This document shows, one piece after another, positions 21,889 through 32,519 of a stretch of 64,000 bases of DNA. The notes beneath the pieces are model-generated. The model was given only the letters and a program-made list of their open reading frames with translations. It did not search any database and was not told the origin of the DNA. Position 1 is the first letter of the stretch. Each line of letters starts with the position of its first letter. Made by a program: the position numbers and the translations under genes. This DNA is from an uncultured delta proteobacterium (lineage in GTDB: Bacteria > Desulfobacterota > BSN033 > UBA1163). Location of the stretch: positions 96,001-160,000 of the forward strand of contig CAVPSJ010000017.1 of the NCBI GenBank assembly GCA_963708295.1. Reading direction: 5' to 3'.

Positions 21889-23382
21889 ATGAGACGTCTT
21901 GGGTTCCTCCTTTCATCGGTCATTCTGATGGCTGCGGCTCACGCCTTTGCCGCCGACGACGTGGTGACCCGTGCGATGAAGCTATACGAAAAGCGGCATT
22001 ATCAATGAGGCGGCAAGGAGCCTCCGCTGCGGAGGGCGCTTCCATCGAGCAAGGCAAGAAGGGAAGCGCAAACCTTGTCCTCGGCATGATCTATTTTAAG
22101 AACGCTGTGCTCCATCGCGAGCTTTATCAGGCGGCAGTGGCGGCGTCGCAGGACTACCTGAAGAAGCTGTCGGCCGCCCAGGGCAAAGACCGGAGCCGTT
22201 TTGTAGACCTCTACTTCGGCGAGGCGCTGGTCGAGTCGGGCAAGCCGGGTGTTGCAGCAAATCATCTGAAAAGATTTTCACAGGGCAATGGGGTTGAGTC
22301 GCGGTACCGGGCGATCGCTCAAGTCTGCCTTGGGCTCGGCTACTACCGGAACAATGAAGCCTCAAAGGGAACCGAGCTCTGGGGAGGGATTGATGCCTCT
22401 GACCTGGAAGTGAAGGCCGAACTCGCCTCTGCCTACAGCAAGGCTGGCCTTAAGGAAAAAGACCCATCCGTGATGGCAGAGGGTATCCTCTCAGAGATAA
22501 AGAGGTCCTCCAAACCCGTTTCGATGCGGATGATGAAGAACCTGATCGCCATCTACGCCCGGGGATCGGGATCCGTTGAAAAAGGCCTGGATCTGCTCGA
22601 GCATTCAGATTTAAGAGCCTTTTCGTACCGGGAGGTCCTGGGAAAATCCAAGGTGATCCATTTCTATGACCTTTCCCTACTCAACGATATGGCCACCCTT
22701 TATGGCCGGGCGAGTGTGGGCTGCCTGGAGAAGGCTGCTGCCGACCCGAAGGTGAGGGATGCGGCAGAGTTCCATCTCGGTCAGGCCTACGCGTTTTTCG
22801 GTTCGGTCGAGCAATCTTCAAAAGTCATCGCATCATTCGTGGCCACATCGCAGATGCCCGAGCAGTACAAGGACCGGTTCCGGGTGTGGCAGGGTGCCAA
22901 CCTTTACGCAAGAAACCGGCAGAGCGATGCCATAGGCGTGTGGGATGAGCTGTTGCGAAAGCAACCCGAGGACCGGGACCTGATCGCGGAGGTCCTTTTT
23001 GCATGCGGCCGGATGAAGGCCGAATGCCCGAAAGTGCTCCACAAGGCCACTGAGCTGGTCGAGGCGGGAGAAAGCAAGAAGCTGTCTTTACTGAACATCG
23101 CTATCGGCAAGTACCTTCTCTCCAAACTGGGATGATGCCCGGGCGGTCTCGTACCTGGAGGCCGGCCGCGACAAAAGCAATAAGAATAAGATTGAGTCGA
23201 ACGACCCGGCGATGCTCGTGAGTCTTGCCGATGCGTACTACCGGACCAAGAAATTTTCCGAGGCCCTCGAGATCTATTTCGAAATGAGCAAGCACTTTCC
23301 CGAAGTGCGCCAGATCCAGGAGGCGATGCAGGGCGTTTACGCCATCGAGCACAAGAGCGCAGGAGACGTCAAGATCAACTGA
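21889..23382 (+). CDS. Secreted TPR-repeat protein, interrupted by frameshifts near 22005-22030 and 23130
   Basis: ATG 21889 gives signal peptide MRRLGFLLSSVILMAAAHAFAA; body is ORF 22005-23135; tail in another frame (LADAYYRTKKFSEALEIY...DVKIN*) ends at TGA 23380-82. Confidence 0.7.
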
Positions 23383-23498
23383 TGACAGATCATGGGGAAT
23401 TCGGGCTGCGGAAAGAACCCAAGCGGACTCCTGATTGTTACCCGTTCCGCATTCGGCATTCCGGATTCCGAATTCCGAATTTTGATGAGGAGGTCATT

Positions 23499-25115
23499 AT
23501 GAAACGCATACTGGTCATTCTGCTTCTTTTCGTGGCCGCCGCTTTGACGGCGTTCACTGCTGCCGAGGCAGGCCGGAAAAAGGACAACAGGCCGGACGGA
23601 GGCAGCCTGAATTATGGGGAATACGGCAGGCCGGCGACCCTCGACCCCATCACGAGCAACGAGATGATCTCGCTGCGCCTTACGGAACTCATCTTCAACG
23701 GCCTGGTCGGGATCAACGAGAAACAGGAGATCGTCCCGGAGCTTGCAGAAAGATGGGACCGTTCTGCCGACAGCCGAACCTACACCTTTTTTCTCCGGAA
23801 GGACGTGATGTGGCATCCGAAAGAAGGTGAAGAGCCCAAGCCGTTTACGGCGGAGGACGTCATTTTCACCTACAAGATCATGATGCATCCGAGGACCATT
23901 ACCCCCCTCAAGGTGAGGTATGAGTTCATCAACGCGGTTGAAAAACTTGATGATTATACCGTCAAGTTTACGCTGAAACGGCCGATCCTGAACGCCCTAG
24001 CCAAGTTCAGCTTCAAGGTGATTCCGAAACACGGGCCGAGCAACCCCCTCTACCTCACCCGGGAAGATCCGTTCGTACGGAACCCCATCGGGACCGGCCC
24101 CTATCTTTTGAAGAACATCACGGCCGAGCGTGAAATCGTCCTCGCTGCGAATGAAAACTACTTCAAGGGAAGACCGCATGTCGACAGGTTCATCGCCAAG
24201 CCCTTCGCGGACCAGAACATCATGACCCAGGCGCTGATGTTCAATGCGATCGACATGATCGTCCTCGTTAATCCCCGGGACATCCCCGAGATTCAGGGAG
24301 ACAAACGGTTCATCCTTCAGCCATACAACGCGCTTTCGTACTCGTTCTTCGGGTATAACATCCGAAGTCCCCTTCTCGCGGATAAGCGTGTGCGCAAAGC
24401 CTTTACCCACGCCGTGAACCGGCAGGAGATGCTCGACTCGTTCTTCAACGGCCAGGGAACCATCATCTCCGGACCTTTTGCACCCGGGAGCTGGGCTTAT
24501 AACCTCGATGTGCAGCCTGTGCCGTTTGATCCCGAAAAGGCAAAGACCCTTCTACAGGAAGCCGGCTTCACCCGCGGTGCTGACGGATTCATGCAGAAGG
24601 ACGGCAAACGGTTGGCACTGACGCTGAAAGTCCCGATCGAGAAAGAGAGCGAGGCCGTGAAGCGTGTGGTGCTTGCATTCAAGAACTACCTTAAGAACGT
24701 CGGTGCGGACATCAAGGTGGAGTTCAAGGAGTGGCAGGCCTGGAAGGAAGACGTCTTCTTCGAGCACGATTTCGACATCATCTTCGCCATATGGGTCTTT
24801 GACGACTCGGCGGACATCTCGTCGCTCTTCCATTCCGGCGAGATCGGTGCCTGGAAGAACAATTTCGGCGGATACTCCAACCCGGAAGTGGACGGCTTGA
24901 TCAACGAGAGCAAGCTGACGCTCGACCACGAGAAGCGGCGCACAATCAACCGGAAGCTCCATGCAATCCTGGCTGAGGAAAACCCTTACACCTTCCTCTG
25001 GACGCTCACCAACTACGGGGCATACCACAAGAAGGTAAGGCGCGTGGCCATCCATCCGTACAAGTTCTTCTCGTACGCGGATGATTGGTTCATCGAGGAG
25101 AAGGATCAAAAATAA
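23499..25115 (+). CDS. Opp/Dpp-family ABC transporter substrate-binding protein
   Basis: GAGGAGG SD, signal peptide, TLDP, IFNGLV, PELAERW, PIGTGPY, YSNPEVD. Confidence 0.9.
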   Translation: MKRILVILLLFVAAALTAFTAAEAGRKKDNRPDGGSLNYGEYGRPATLDPITSNEMISLRLTELIFNGLVGINEKQEIVPELAERWDRSADSRTYTFFLRKDVMWHPKEGEEPKPFTAEDVIFTYKIMMHPRTITPLKVRYEFINAVEKLDDYTVKFTLKRPILNALAKFSFKVIPKHGPSNPLYLTREDPFVRNPIGTGPYLLKNITAEREIVLAANENYFKGRPHVDRFIAKPFADQNIMTQALMFNAIDMIVLVNPRDIPEIQGDKRFILQPYNALSYSFFGYNIRSPLLADKRVRKAFTHAVNRQEMLDSFFNGQGTIISGPFAPGSWAYNLDVQPVPFDPEKAKTLLQEAGFTRGADGFMQKDGKRLALTLKVPIEKESEAVKRVVLAFKNYLKNVGADIKVEFKEWQAWKEDVFFEHDFDIIFAIWVFDDSADISSLFHSGEIGAWKNNFGGYSNPEVDGLINESKLTLDHEKRRTINRKLHAILAEENPYTFLWTLTNYGAYHKKVRRVAIHPYKFFSYADDWFIEEKDQK

Positions 25116-25164
25116 GTTCAAAGTTTAAGGCTTAAAGTCCAAAGTTCAAAATGATTGTCTAACC

Positions 25165-26130
25165 ATGAAGCTTTCGGCGGTTCGGCCCATTGCCATGGTG
25201 CTGTCCAGGGAGTTGATGATCACGGCGCTTCTGCTTCTGGGCGTGAGCTTCGTGGTCTTCATCATCCTCTTTGTGTCGCCCGGAGACCCTTTCAGCGTTC
25301 TCCTCGAAGGGCAACTTTCGACAGCAGAAGTCAGGGAAGGGGTGCGCGAAGCCATGGGCGTCTCCCGATCGTGGTACATGCAGTACCTGTCCTGGCTCGC
25401 GGGTATGCTGGCAGGCAACTTCGGCACTTCGATTCGGATGGGTTTGCCGGTCCTCCCTGAAGTGCTGCGCGTTGGGTTCAACACCCTCCTCCTGACCCTC
25501 GGGTCGCTCATCATTACCCTATTGATCGCCGTGCCCATCGCCCTCTATTCCGCCGTCCGGGGAACCGACAAGATCTCGTGGCCCCTAACGATGTTCTCCT
25601 ACGTCATCTCTGCCCTGCCGGTGTTTTGGCTGGGGTACATTGTTATCTATTTCTTTACGCACAAACTCGGTCTTTTTCCGCTTGCTTTCGGTTTCTCGAG
25701 TGGGGGGCAGAAATATCGCTGGCTCTATCAGCTCCTCCCGATTTTCGTGCTGGGGGTGGGGAACGGTACGATCAGCGAGGTCATCCGATTTCTTCGGCAG
25801 GAGATGGGCAGGGTGATAGCCGAAGACTACATTCGCACGGCTCGGGCCAAAGGCGCCTCGGTCTGGAGACATTCATTCAAGGAAGGCTTGCTCATACCCG
25901 TGACGGAGATCGTTGCCTCCAAGATTCCCTTCATCCTCGGCGGCGCCGTCATCGTCGAGCAGGTGTTCAACTGGCCCGGCATGGGCAGGATGGCGTGGCA
26001 GGCGGCACAGGATCGGGATTACCCGGTGATCATGGGCATTGCTATCCTTGCCGCGATCCTTGTCCGCATGGGCAGCCTGTTCCAGAGCGTGGTGTACGTC
26101 ATCGTGAACCCGAGGGCCTCCAAGGAATAG
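25165..26130 (+). CDS. Opp/Dpp ABC permease (OppB/DppB type)
   Basis: PGDP, GNFGTS, DYIRTARAKG, IVEQVFNWPGMG, RDYPVIMG. Confidence 0.9.
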   Translation: MKLSAVRPIAMVLSRELMITALLLLGVSFVVFIILFVSPGDPFSVLLEGQLSTAEVREGVREAMGVSRSWYMQYLSWLAGMLAGNFGTSIRMGLPVLPEVLRVGFNTLLLTLGSLIITLLIAVPIALYSAVRGTDKISWPLTMFSYVISALPVFWLGYIVIYFFTHKLGLFPLAFGFSSGGQKYRWLYQLLPIFVLGVGNGTISEVIRFLRQEMGRVIAEDYIRTARAKGASVWRHSFKEGLLIPVTEIVASKIPFILGGAVIVEQVFNWPGMGRMAWQAAQDRDYPVIMGIAILAAILVRMGSLFQSVVYVIVNPRASKE

Positions 26131-26330
26131 CGTCATTGTGGGATGCGGAACCTGAAAAAATTTCAAATAACAAAAAGATTTGCTGACGGATTTATCATCC
26201 GCGAAGTTTGAAAATTATCCAGGATGATCCTTTCCCTTGACGAGGAGGATCGAGGCGGGGATGGCCAAAAACAAGCTGCAAACAAACGCGAAATTGAAAT
26301 TGTGAATTTGGATATTATTTGGAATTTGCT

Positions 26331-27224
26331 ATGAAGCACTATTCCCAAATACCCGGTGAGATCAGCGACCTCTCGGACCAGCCGTTCTGGAAAAAAGCGG
26401 ATGCGGTCGATCTGGCTTATGTCGGCTACGGGCTGCTCATCGTCACCCTCGTCGTGGTATCTTACCTTCTCGGCTCGTTCAACCTCCTGCCCCGGGATCC
26501 GCAGGAGATCGACCTTGGGCTCTTGATGGCGCGACCAGGGACGGAAGGCCACCTCCTTGGCACGGACTTCATGGGTCGGGATATGCTCTCGCGACTCATT
26601 GTAGGCATCCAGGCCTACTTCCTGCCCGGCCTGCTGGCGATCTTTATTGCGCTCTTTTTCGGTACGGTGCTCGGTGTGGCTGCCGGCTACCGGGGTGGCA
26701 AGTTCGACACGGGCATTACCTATTTCACCAACCTCGTCGATTCCTTCCCACGTCTCGTGCTCATCCTGCTTGTGATCGCTGCCTTCAAACCCGATATCTA
26801 CTACATCATGGGGGTCGTCGGCTTCACGAGTGTTCCGGTCGTGACGTCGCTCATCAAGGGCAAGATCCAGTTTCTGAAAGAGAAGAATTTCATCGAGGCC
26901 GACGTCGCCCTGGGTCTGCCAACGAGCACCATTATCCTGAAGCATGTCCTCTGGCACAATTGCCGGTCGCTCCTCATCATCCAGGCGACGCTCGGCATGG
27001 CCGAAGCCATCCTGATGGAGACGTCGCTCAGTTACCTCGGCTTCGGCGTGCAGGAGCCCACGCCCTCTTGGGGCAATATGGTGCAGTCGGGCGCCAACTA
27101 TTTCATGCAAGGGAAGTTTTGGCCATCCACGGCTCCGTCGCTCGCCATCCTGCTCACGATCCTTGGGTTCCACATGCTCGGCGATGGGCTGAATAACATC
27201 CTGGAAGGCAAGAGGCACGCATGA
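26331..27224 (+). CDS. Opp/Dpp ABC permease (OppC/DppC type)
   Basis: HLLGTDFMGRDMLSRL, LSYLGFGVQEPTPSWGNM, LGDGL. Confidence 0.9.
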   Translation: MKHYSQIPGEISDLSDQPFWKKADAVDLAYVGYGLLIVTLVVVSYLLGSFNLLPRDPQEIDLGLLMARPGTEGHLLGTDFMGRDMLSRLIVGIQAYFLPGLLAIFIALFFGTVLGVAAGYRGGKFDTGITYFTNLVDSFPRLVLILLVIAAFKPDIYYIMGVVGFTSVPVVTSLIKGKIQFLKEKNFIEADVALGLPTSTIILKHVLWHNCRSLLIIQATLGMAEAILMETSLSYLGFGVQEPTPSWGNMVQSGANYFMQGKFWPSTAPSLAILLTILGFHMLGDGLNNILEGKRHA

Positions 27225-28321
27225 CAACGGCGCCGATCCTGAAGATAGAAGACCTTCGCACCTACTTCTATTCCCGCAGCAGGCAGGCCTTCATTCGCTC
27301 CGTGGACGGGGTCAGCCTGGAGATTGCGAAAGGGGAGACCCTCGGCCTTGTCGGCGAAAGCGGCAGCGGTAAAAGTATCACTGCCCTGTCGGTCATGGGG
27401 CTGATCAGCGCCGGGCCTGGCGTGATCAGCGGAAAAATCGGGTTCAGGTCGGACCGGAGCCAAAAGGATTTGCTTCGGGATCTGAAAGACTTCGTTAAGC
27501 TTACGATGAGAGACGGTAGGATCATGGATGTGAGCAAGGACGTTCTGGGATGGGAACGAAACACGGAGCGCACCATGAAGAAGTTGCGCGGCAAGGAGAT
27601 TGCGATGATCTTCCAGAACCCCAAATCCTGCCTCAATCCCTTCACGCCCGTGGGAAAACAGATTACCGAGGCGATCCGGCTCCATACCTCCGCAAAAGCC
27701 GAGCCGGCGGCCAGGGAGCGTGCGCTCACCTGGCTTGACCGCGTGAAGATGGATTCCCCCCGCCTCCGGTTCGACAATTATCCTTACGGTCTCTCGGGCG
27801 GCATGTGCCAGCGGGCCATGATCGCCATGGCCCTGGCATGCGAGCCGTCACTCCTGATTGCAGACGAGCCGACGACGGGCCTCGACGCCACGATCCAGTC
27901 AAAGATCGTGGACCTCCTTGCCGAGCTCAAGTCAGAACTTGGCGTCACCACCCTGCTGATCAGCCATGACATCAGCATGATCTCCCGTCTCTCCGACAGG
28001 GTTGCCGTCATGTATGGCGGCACCGTTTGCGATTACGGACCGGCAAGGTCGATCCTGTCGACAGGGTTAGAATCGAAGCATCCGTATACATCGGCGCTCC
28101 TCGCGTCCATTCCGAGCGCCAAGAACATCAAAGAAAAGGGATATCTCCAGGCCATTGAGGGAGATGTGCTCGACACCATCAATATCCCTGAGGGATGCCG
28201 GTTCTACAGCCGATGCAACCGGGTGACGGAGAAGATTCGTGAGAAATGCGCAAGTCATGAACCTGACCTTCGAGAGATAGAGTCGGGACACAAGGTAAGG
28301 TGCTGGTTGTATTTTGATTAA
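27221..28321 (+). CDS. Opp/Dpp ABC ATP-binding protein (OppD type)
   Basis: GESGSGKS, LSGGMCQR, ADEPTTGLD, HPYT, C-terminal Cys motif GCRFYSRC. Confidence 0.92.
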   Translation: MTTAPILKIEDLRTYFYSRSRQAFIRSVDGVSLEIAKGETLGLVGESGSGKSITALSVMGLISAGPGVISGKIGFRSDRSQKDLLRDLKDFVKLTMRDGRIMDVSKDVLGWERNTERTMKKLRGKEIAMIFQNPKSCLNPFTPVGKQITEAIRLHTSAKAEPAARERALTWLDRVKMDSPRLRFDNYPYGLSGGMCQRAMIAMALACEPSLLIADEPTTGLDATIQSKIVDLLAELKSELGVTTLLISHDISMISRLSDRVAVMYGGTVCDYGPARSILSTGLESKHPYTSALLASIPSAKNIKEKGYLQAIEGDVLDTINIPEGCRFYSRCNRVTEKIREKCASHEPDLREIESGHKVRCWLYFD

Positions 28322-28531
28322 ACCTTCGGCTAGATTGACGAGCCTTACCGGGAACACTCCCGGAGTCTTGTCATGCGGGTTTCATTGGGATGGAATGGGT
28401 TATTGACGATTTTATGTATAGGGAATTTCAGCTAAGTTGGGGATCGCAGTGCTTCACGCTTAAAAGGTTCCGCAATAAAGCTCTTTCAGTGTCCCCGGCA
28501 AGTCTCGCCAGGGGTTTATTGCAACATTAGG

Positions 28532-29554
28532 ATGAGAGTTCTTATGCCGAAGACGATTCTCGAGGTCACTGACCTCAAGAAACATTTTACCTATGGGAAA
28601 GGCCTCTTTTCCTCCCTCAAGGACCAGCAGCCGTTCATCCCTGCGGTGGACGGGGTAAGCTTTTACCTCAAGGAGAATGAGACGATGGGACTGGTCGGCG
28701 AATCCGGCTGCGGCAAGACAACCATCGGCCGGACTGTTTTGAGGCTTGAAAAACCGACCTCCGGTCAAATCATCTTCGACGGAAAGGACATCACGCGCGT
28801 TCCGACCCATGAACTCCGGCAGCTTCGGAGCCAGATGCAGATGATTTTCCAGGACCTGGATGCAGCCCTCAATCCCAAGATGCGCATCCGCGATATTCTC
28901 TCCGAAGCGATCACCGTCCATCACCCGATCAGCGATGCCGAGGTGGAGAAGCGCATCAACGAGCTGCTCGAGCAGGTGAACCTTAAAAAGAGCAAGCTTT
29001 CCAACTTTCCCCACGAGCTCTCGGGCGGCGAAAAGCGGAGGGTCGGCGTGGCGCGTGTGCTTTCCGTTGGAGCCAAGTTTATTGTCGCCGACGAGCCCAC
29101 GAGTGCCCTCGACGTCTCCATCCAGGCGCAGGTTGTAAACCTGCTCCTAGACCTTCAACGGAGACTCGGACTCTCCTACCTCTTCATCTCTCACGACCTT
29201 CGGGTGGTAGAACTCGTCAGCCATAAGGTCGCGGTGATGTACCTGGGCAAGATCGTGGAGATCGGTCTTTCCGACCGCATTGCGAACAGAGCCAGTCACC
29301 CCTACACCCATATCCTCTGGTCTTCTCTGGCCGAAAAACAGAGCAGGGAGGCTGCCCGGACGGCGAGGAGCGTCCAGGCAGGTCAATGGGGTGTGTTTGA
29401 TTTCGAGCGGCCCGTTGCCGGCTGCCGTTTTGCCCCGCGCTGTCCGGTCTATGAGTCCACGGGGAAGCCGGAGGTTTGTATTGCCCCTTTCAGCGAACCG
29501 CAGTTGAAGGAGATCGGCGAAGCCCATCAGGTCGCCTGCCACTTCCCGCTGTAG
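28532..29554 (+). CDS. Opp/Dpp ABC ATP-binding protein (OppF type)
   Basis: GESGCGKT, ELSGGEKRR, ADEPTSALDVSIQAQ, GCRFAPRC, HQVACH. Confidence 0.92.
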   Translation: MRVLMPKTILEVTDLKKHFTYGKGLFSSLKDQQPFIPAVDGVSFYLKENETMGLVGESGCGKTTIGRTVLRLEKPTSGQIIFDGKDITRVPTHELRQLRSQMQMIFQDLDAALNPKMRIRDILSEAITVHHPISDAEVEKRINELLEQVNLKKSKLSNFPHELSGGEKRRVGVARVLSVGAKFIVADEPTSALDVSIQAQVVNLLLDLQRRLGLSYLFISHDLRVVELVSHKVAVMYLGKIVEIGLSDRIANRASHPYTHILWSSLAEKQSREAARTARSVQAGQWGVFDFERPVAGCRFAPRCPVYESTGKPEVCIAPFSEPQLKEIGEAHQVACHFPL

Positions 29555-29618
29555 CAAGAGAGCAAATTCATACCTCAAAATTGACGGGAGCTTTAAGCGC
29601 GTTGACCGGAGAGGGGGG

Positions 29619-29840
29619 CTAAACAGAAGTAATCTTAACCTTTCTTCTTCGATAACCTACCGGGATGAAGTCGTCCTTCTCTTTTTCTTCAATCTTTTTC
29701 AACCAAAGATCCATAAGGATCTTTCTTTTCTCCTCGTCCCTTTTTGACCGCTTCCGATATCTCCCCATTCCTAGCTGTTCTCTCAACAGAAGAAATTCTA
29801 CTGGGGACTCTTCTTCATACTTTTTTATTCTATGCTTCAT
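29619..29840 (-). CDS. Small, highly charged hypothetical protein
   Basis: 73-aa ORF with AGGTGG SD-like site, fills the gap between oppF and the GH57 gene. Confidence 0.5.
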   Translation of the reverse strand: MKHRIKKYEEESPVEFLLLREQLGMGRYRKRSKRDEEKRKILMDLWLKKIEEKEKDDFIPVGYRRRKVKITSV

Positions 29841-29981
29841 AAGCCCACCTTTTTCTTCAATTCGATGTATTTTAGCAATCCAATCAATTTCTTACAAGGA
29901 AAAGGACAAAAATTGCTTTGAAATTTCGAACTTTATATAAGATAATTCATTGAAAATCAGATTACCCCAGATACCCCAGAG

Positions 29982-32519
29982 ATGAAAGACGCATTTATAG
30001 CCATTCATGGTCATTTCTACCAGCCTCCCCGGGAAAACCCCTGGCTCGAAATCATCGAGACCGAGGAAAGCGCCCATCCCTTCCATGACTGGAACGAACG
30101 GATCACCCTGGAGTGCTACCGGCCCAATGCTCATGCCCGGGTCCTGGATGGAAAAGGCAAGATTCTGGAGATCGTCAATAATTATTCTTCGATCAGTTTC
30201 AATTTCGGCCCCACGCTTCTCCCCTGGCTGGAGAGGCGTTTTCCTTCGGTCTATCAGAAGATCCTTGAGGCGGACCGGGAAGGGTTGAAGCGATTTGGCC
30301 ATGGGAATGCCATCGCGCAGGTTTTTAACCACATCATCATGCCTTTGGCCAATGACAGGGATAAAGAGACAGAGGTTCTCTGGGGAACGGCCGATTTTGA
30401 AAAACGGTTTCATCGTAAGCCCGAGGCCCTGTGGCTTCCTGAAACAGCGGTCAACTATGCCACCCTTCGGACATTGGTCAAGTATGGGATGCGCTATCTC
30501 ATCCTGAGCCCCTTTCAGGCGTCGAGGGCAAAATCCTTCGGAGGGAGAAAGTGGACGGATGTATCGCAAGGCCGGATCGATACGACGCGACCTTACCGGT
30601 GTTTTATGAAAGACGCATCCGGCAAAAAGCTCTTAGATCAGTTCATCGACATCTTTTTTTACAACGGTACCGTTTCAAGGGAGATTGCCTTCGGGGATCT
30701 CTTAAAAGACGGCAATGCCCTCTGCGATCGATTTTCCCAATTCTACCAGCAGTCGAAGGAAAAACCTCAATTGATTCACATCGCGACGGATGGCGAGACC
30801 TACGGGCACCACATGAAATTTGGAGAGATGGGCCTGGCCTATGCGTTGGCCAAAGGCTTTCCAGCAAGGGGTTTTGAGCTGGTGAATTACGCGGCTTTTT
30901 TGAAGCGATTTCCTCCTGTCCACGAAGTGGAAATTGATGAGGGGCCGAAGGGAGAGGGAACCTCCTGGAGCTGTGCGCATGGTGTGGGGAGATGGAAAGA
31001 GAATTGTGGGTGCAGCACCGGAGGAGAGCCCGGATGGAATCAGGAATGGAGAAGACCCCTGCGGGAAGCTCTGGATCTTCTACGGGACGAGCTGAGCCGT
31101 GTTTTTGAGAGAGAAGGGGAAGGGATATTTCAAGATGTGTGGCAGGCTAGAAATGGATATATTGAAGTGATCCTCAACCGGTCTCCGGAGAAGGTCGAGA
31201 GCTTTTTTGAGCAATATGGGGTAAAAGGGCTCGATGAAAAGGGCAGGCTCAAAGGGCTCAAGCTCCTGGAAATGCAGAGGCACGCCTTACAGATGTATAC
31301 GAGTTGTGGCTGGTTTTTTGTCGACCTGTCAGGAATCGAAACGATCATCGTCCTTCAACATGCATCCAGGGCCATCCAGCTGGCCGCAGACTGGACAGGT
31401 GAAGAGATTGAGAGGACATTTGTTCAACATTTGTCGGAAGCCAGGAGCAATGTTCCTGAGATGGGAAAGGGCGATCAAGTTTACGAGCGTTTGGCAAAAC
31501 CGAAATGGGTCACGCCCGAAAAAGTGGTAAACCACTTTGCCATCACCTCCCTGTCGGATAGCGGGGACGGAGAGAAGAATGTCTTTTCGTATCGGGTGGA
31601 GAAGATTCACTACGAAAAAATGGAGGACGAAGAGAATTTGTCGGTCGTAGGCCAGGTGAGGGTCACCGGCGAAATCATTCCAGAGCCCAAAGAATTTCTC
31701 TTTGGATTGATTCCCTCCAAGAAAGAGGTTTTTCGGACCTGGATCCTGGAAAAGAAAGAAGGACTCGATTTTAGGACCTTAGAAGAGAAGGCACAAGAGA
31801 ACTTTGGCAAAGGTGAAGAAGAAATGGCCCGGGTTCTTACTTCACTCCTCGGGAATCGCATTTTCACCATTAAAGATACTTTTAAAGAGGAAAGACAAGC
31901 GATCTTTCGGAAACTCATCCAAGAAGAATTTGACGAACACTGCCAGATTTACGCTGACCTTTTCGACAGGACGAAGCAGGCGGTCGAGGCGTTATCCAGA
32001 GAGGGGCTGGAGATTCCGTTCGAGATTCGCGTGGCTGCAGAGGTGACACTCAGCAATCGTTTACATCAGGAGATCAAGGAGCTGAGCAGGAATTTTAAAG
32101 GGACGATCCGAAAAGGGAAGATCGATGAGATCGTTGAAGAAGCAAAAGAACACGGGTATCGTCTGAGAAAGGAGAAATCTCTTTTGGCTCTGAATGCGTT
32201 GTTGATGGACAGAATGAATGCCCTTCAAAAGAACAAAGGTTCCGATCTCCCACGTCAATCAGAACTGGCCGAGGAAATGCTAGCACTTCTCAACTTGGCA
32301 AAAAAGTGGGATTTGGAAATGTCCCTGGAAGAGGCCCGGAATTCGATGAACCAGATCCTGGGAGAATGTGTCGGGGATCTCGAGAAATGCTGGTGGGAGA
32401 ATGGAACTCCGAAGCTATTCTCTCCCAATCTGATCATCCTGGCAGAGAAATTAGGTTTCAATGTGGACAGATTTTCAAAAATAGCTGATTCCGGCACGTC
32501 GGCGGGTCAATCAGGATAG
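29982..32519 (+). CDS. Glycoside hydrolase family 57 / DUF3536 protein
   Basis: IHGHFYQPPRENPW, FNFGPTLL, HIIMPL, WLPETAV, ATDGETYGHH, SWSCAHGVGRW, MYTSCGWFF. Confidence 0.88.
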   Translation: MKDAFIAIHGHFYQPPRENPWLEIIETEESAHPFHDWNERITLECYRPNAHARVLDGKGKILEIVNNYSSISFNFGPTLLPWLERRFPSVYQKILEADREGLKRFGHGNAIAQVFNHIIMPLANDRDKETEVLWGTADFEKRFHRKPEALWLPETAVNYATLRTLVKYGMRYLILSPFQASRAKSFGGRKWTDVSQGRIDTTRPYRCFMKDASGKKLLDQFIDIFFYNGTVSREIAFGDLLKDGNALCDRFSQFYQQSKEKPQLIHIATDGETYGHHMKFGEMGLAYALAKGFPARGFELVNYAAFLKRFPPVHEVEIDEGPKGEGTSWSCAHGVGRWKENCGCSTGGEPGWNQEWRRPLREALDLLRDELSRVFEREGEGIFQDVWQARNGYIEVILNRSPEKVESFFEQYGVKGLDEKGRLKGLKLLEMQRHALQMYTSCGWFFVDLSGIETIIVLQHASRAIQLAADWTGEEIERTFVQHLSEARSNVPEMGKGDQVYERLAKPKWVTPEKVVNHFAITSLSDSGDGEKNVFSYRVEKIHYEKMEDEENLSVVGQVRVTGEIIPEPKEFLFGLIPSKKEVFRTWILEKKEGLDFRTLEEKAQENFGKGEEEMARVLTSLLGNRIFTIKDTFKEERQAIFRKLIQEEFDEHCQIYADLFDRTKQAVEALSREGLEIPFEIRVAAEVTLSNRLHQEIKELSRNFKGTIRKGKIDEIVEEAKEHGYRLRKEKSLLALNALLMDRMNALQKNKGSDLPRQSELAEEMLALLNLAKKWDLEMSLEEARNSMNQILGECVGDLEKCWWENGTPKLFSPNLIILAEKLGFNVDRFSKIADSGTSAGQSG

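Noticed and set aside
25578-27227. Long alternative-frame and antisense ORFs over the ABC genes (e.g. 26163-27227, 354 aa) and similar shadows elsewhere
   Set aside because: Expected shadows of GC3-rich coding sequence; they overlap well-supported genes
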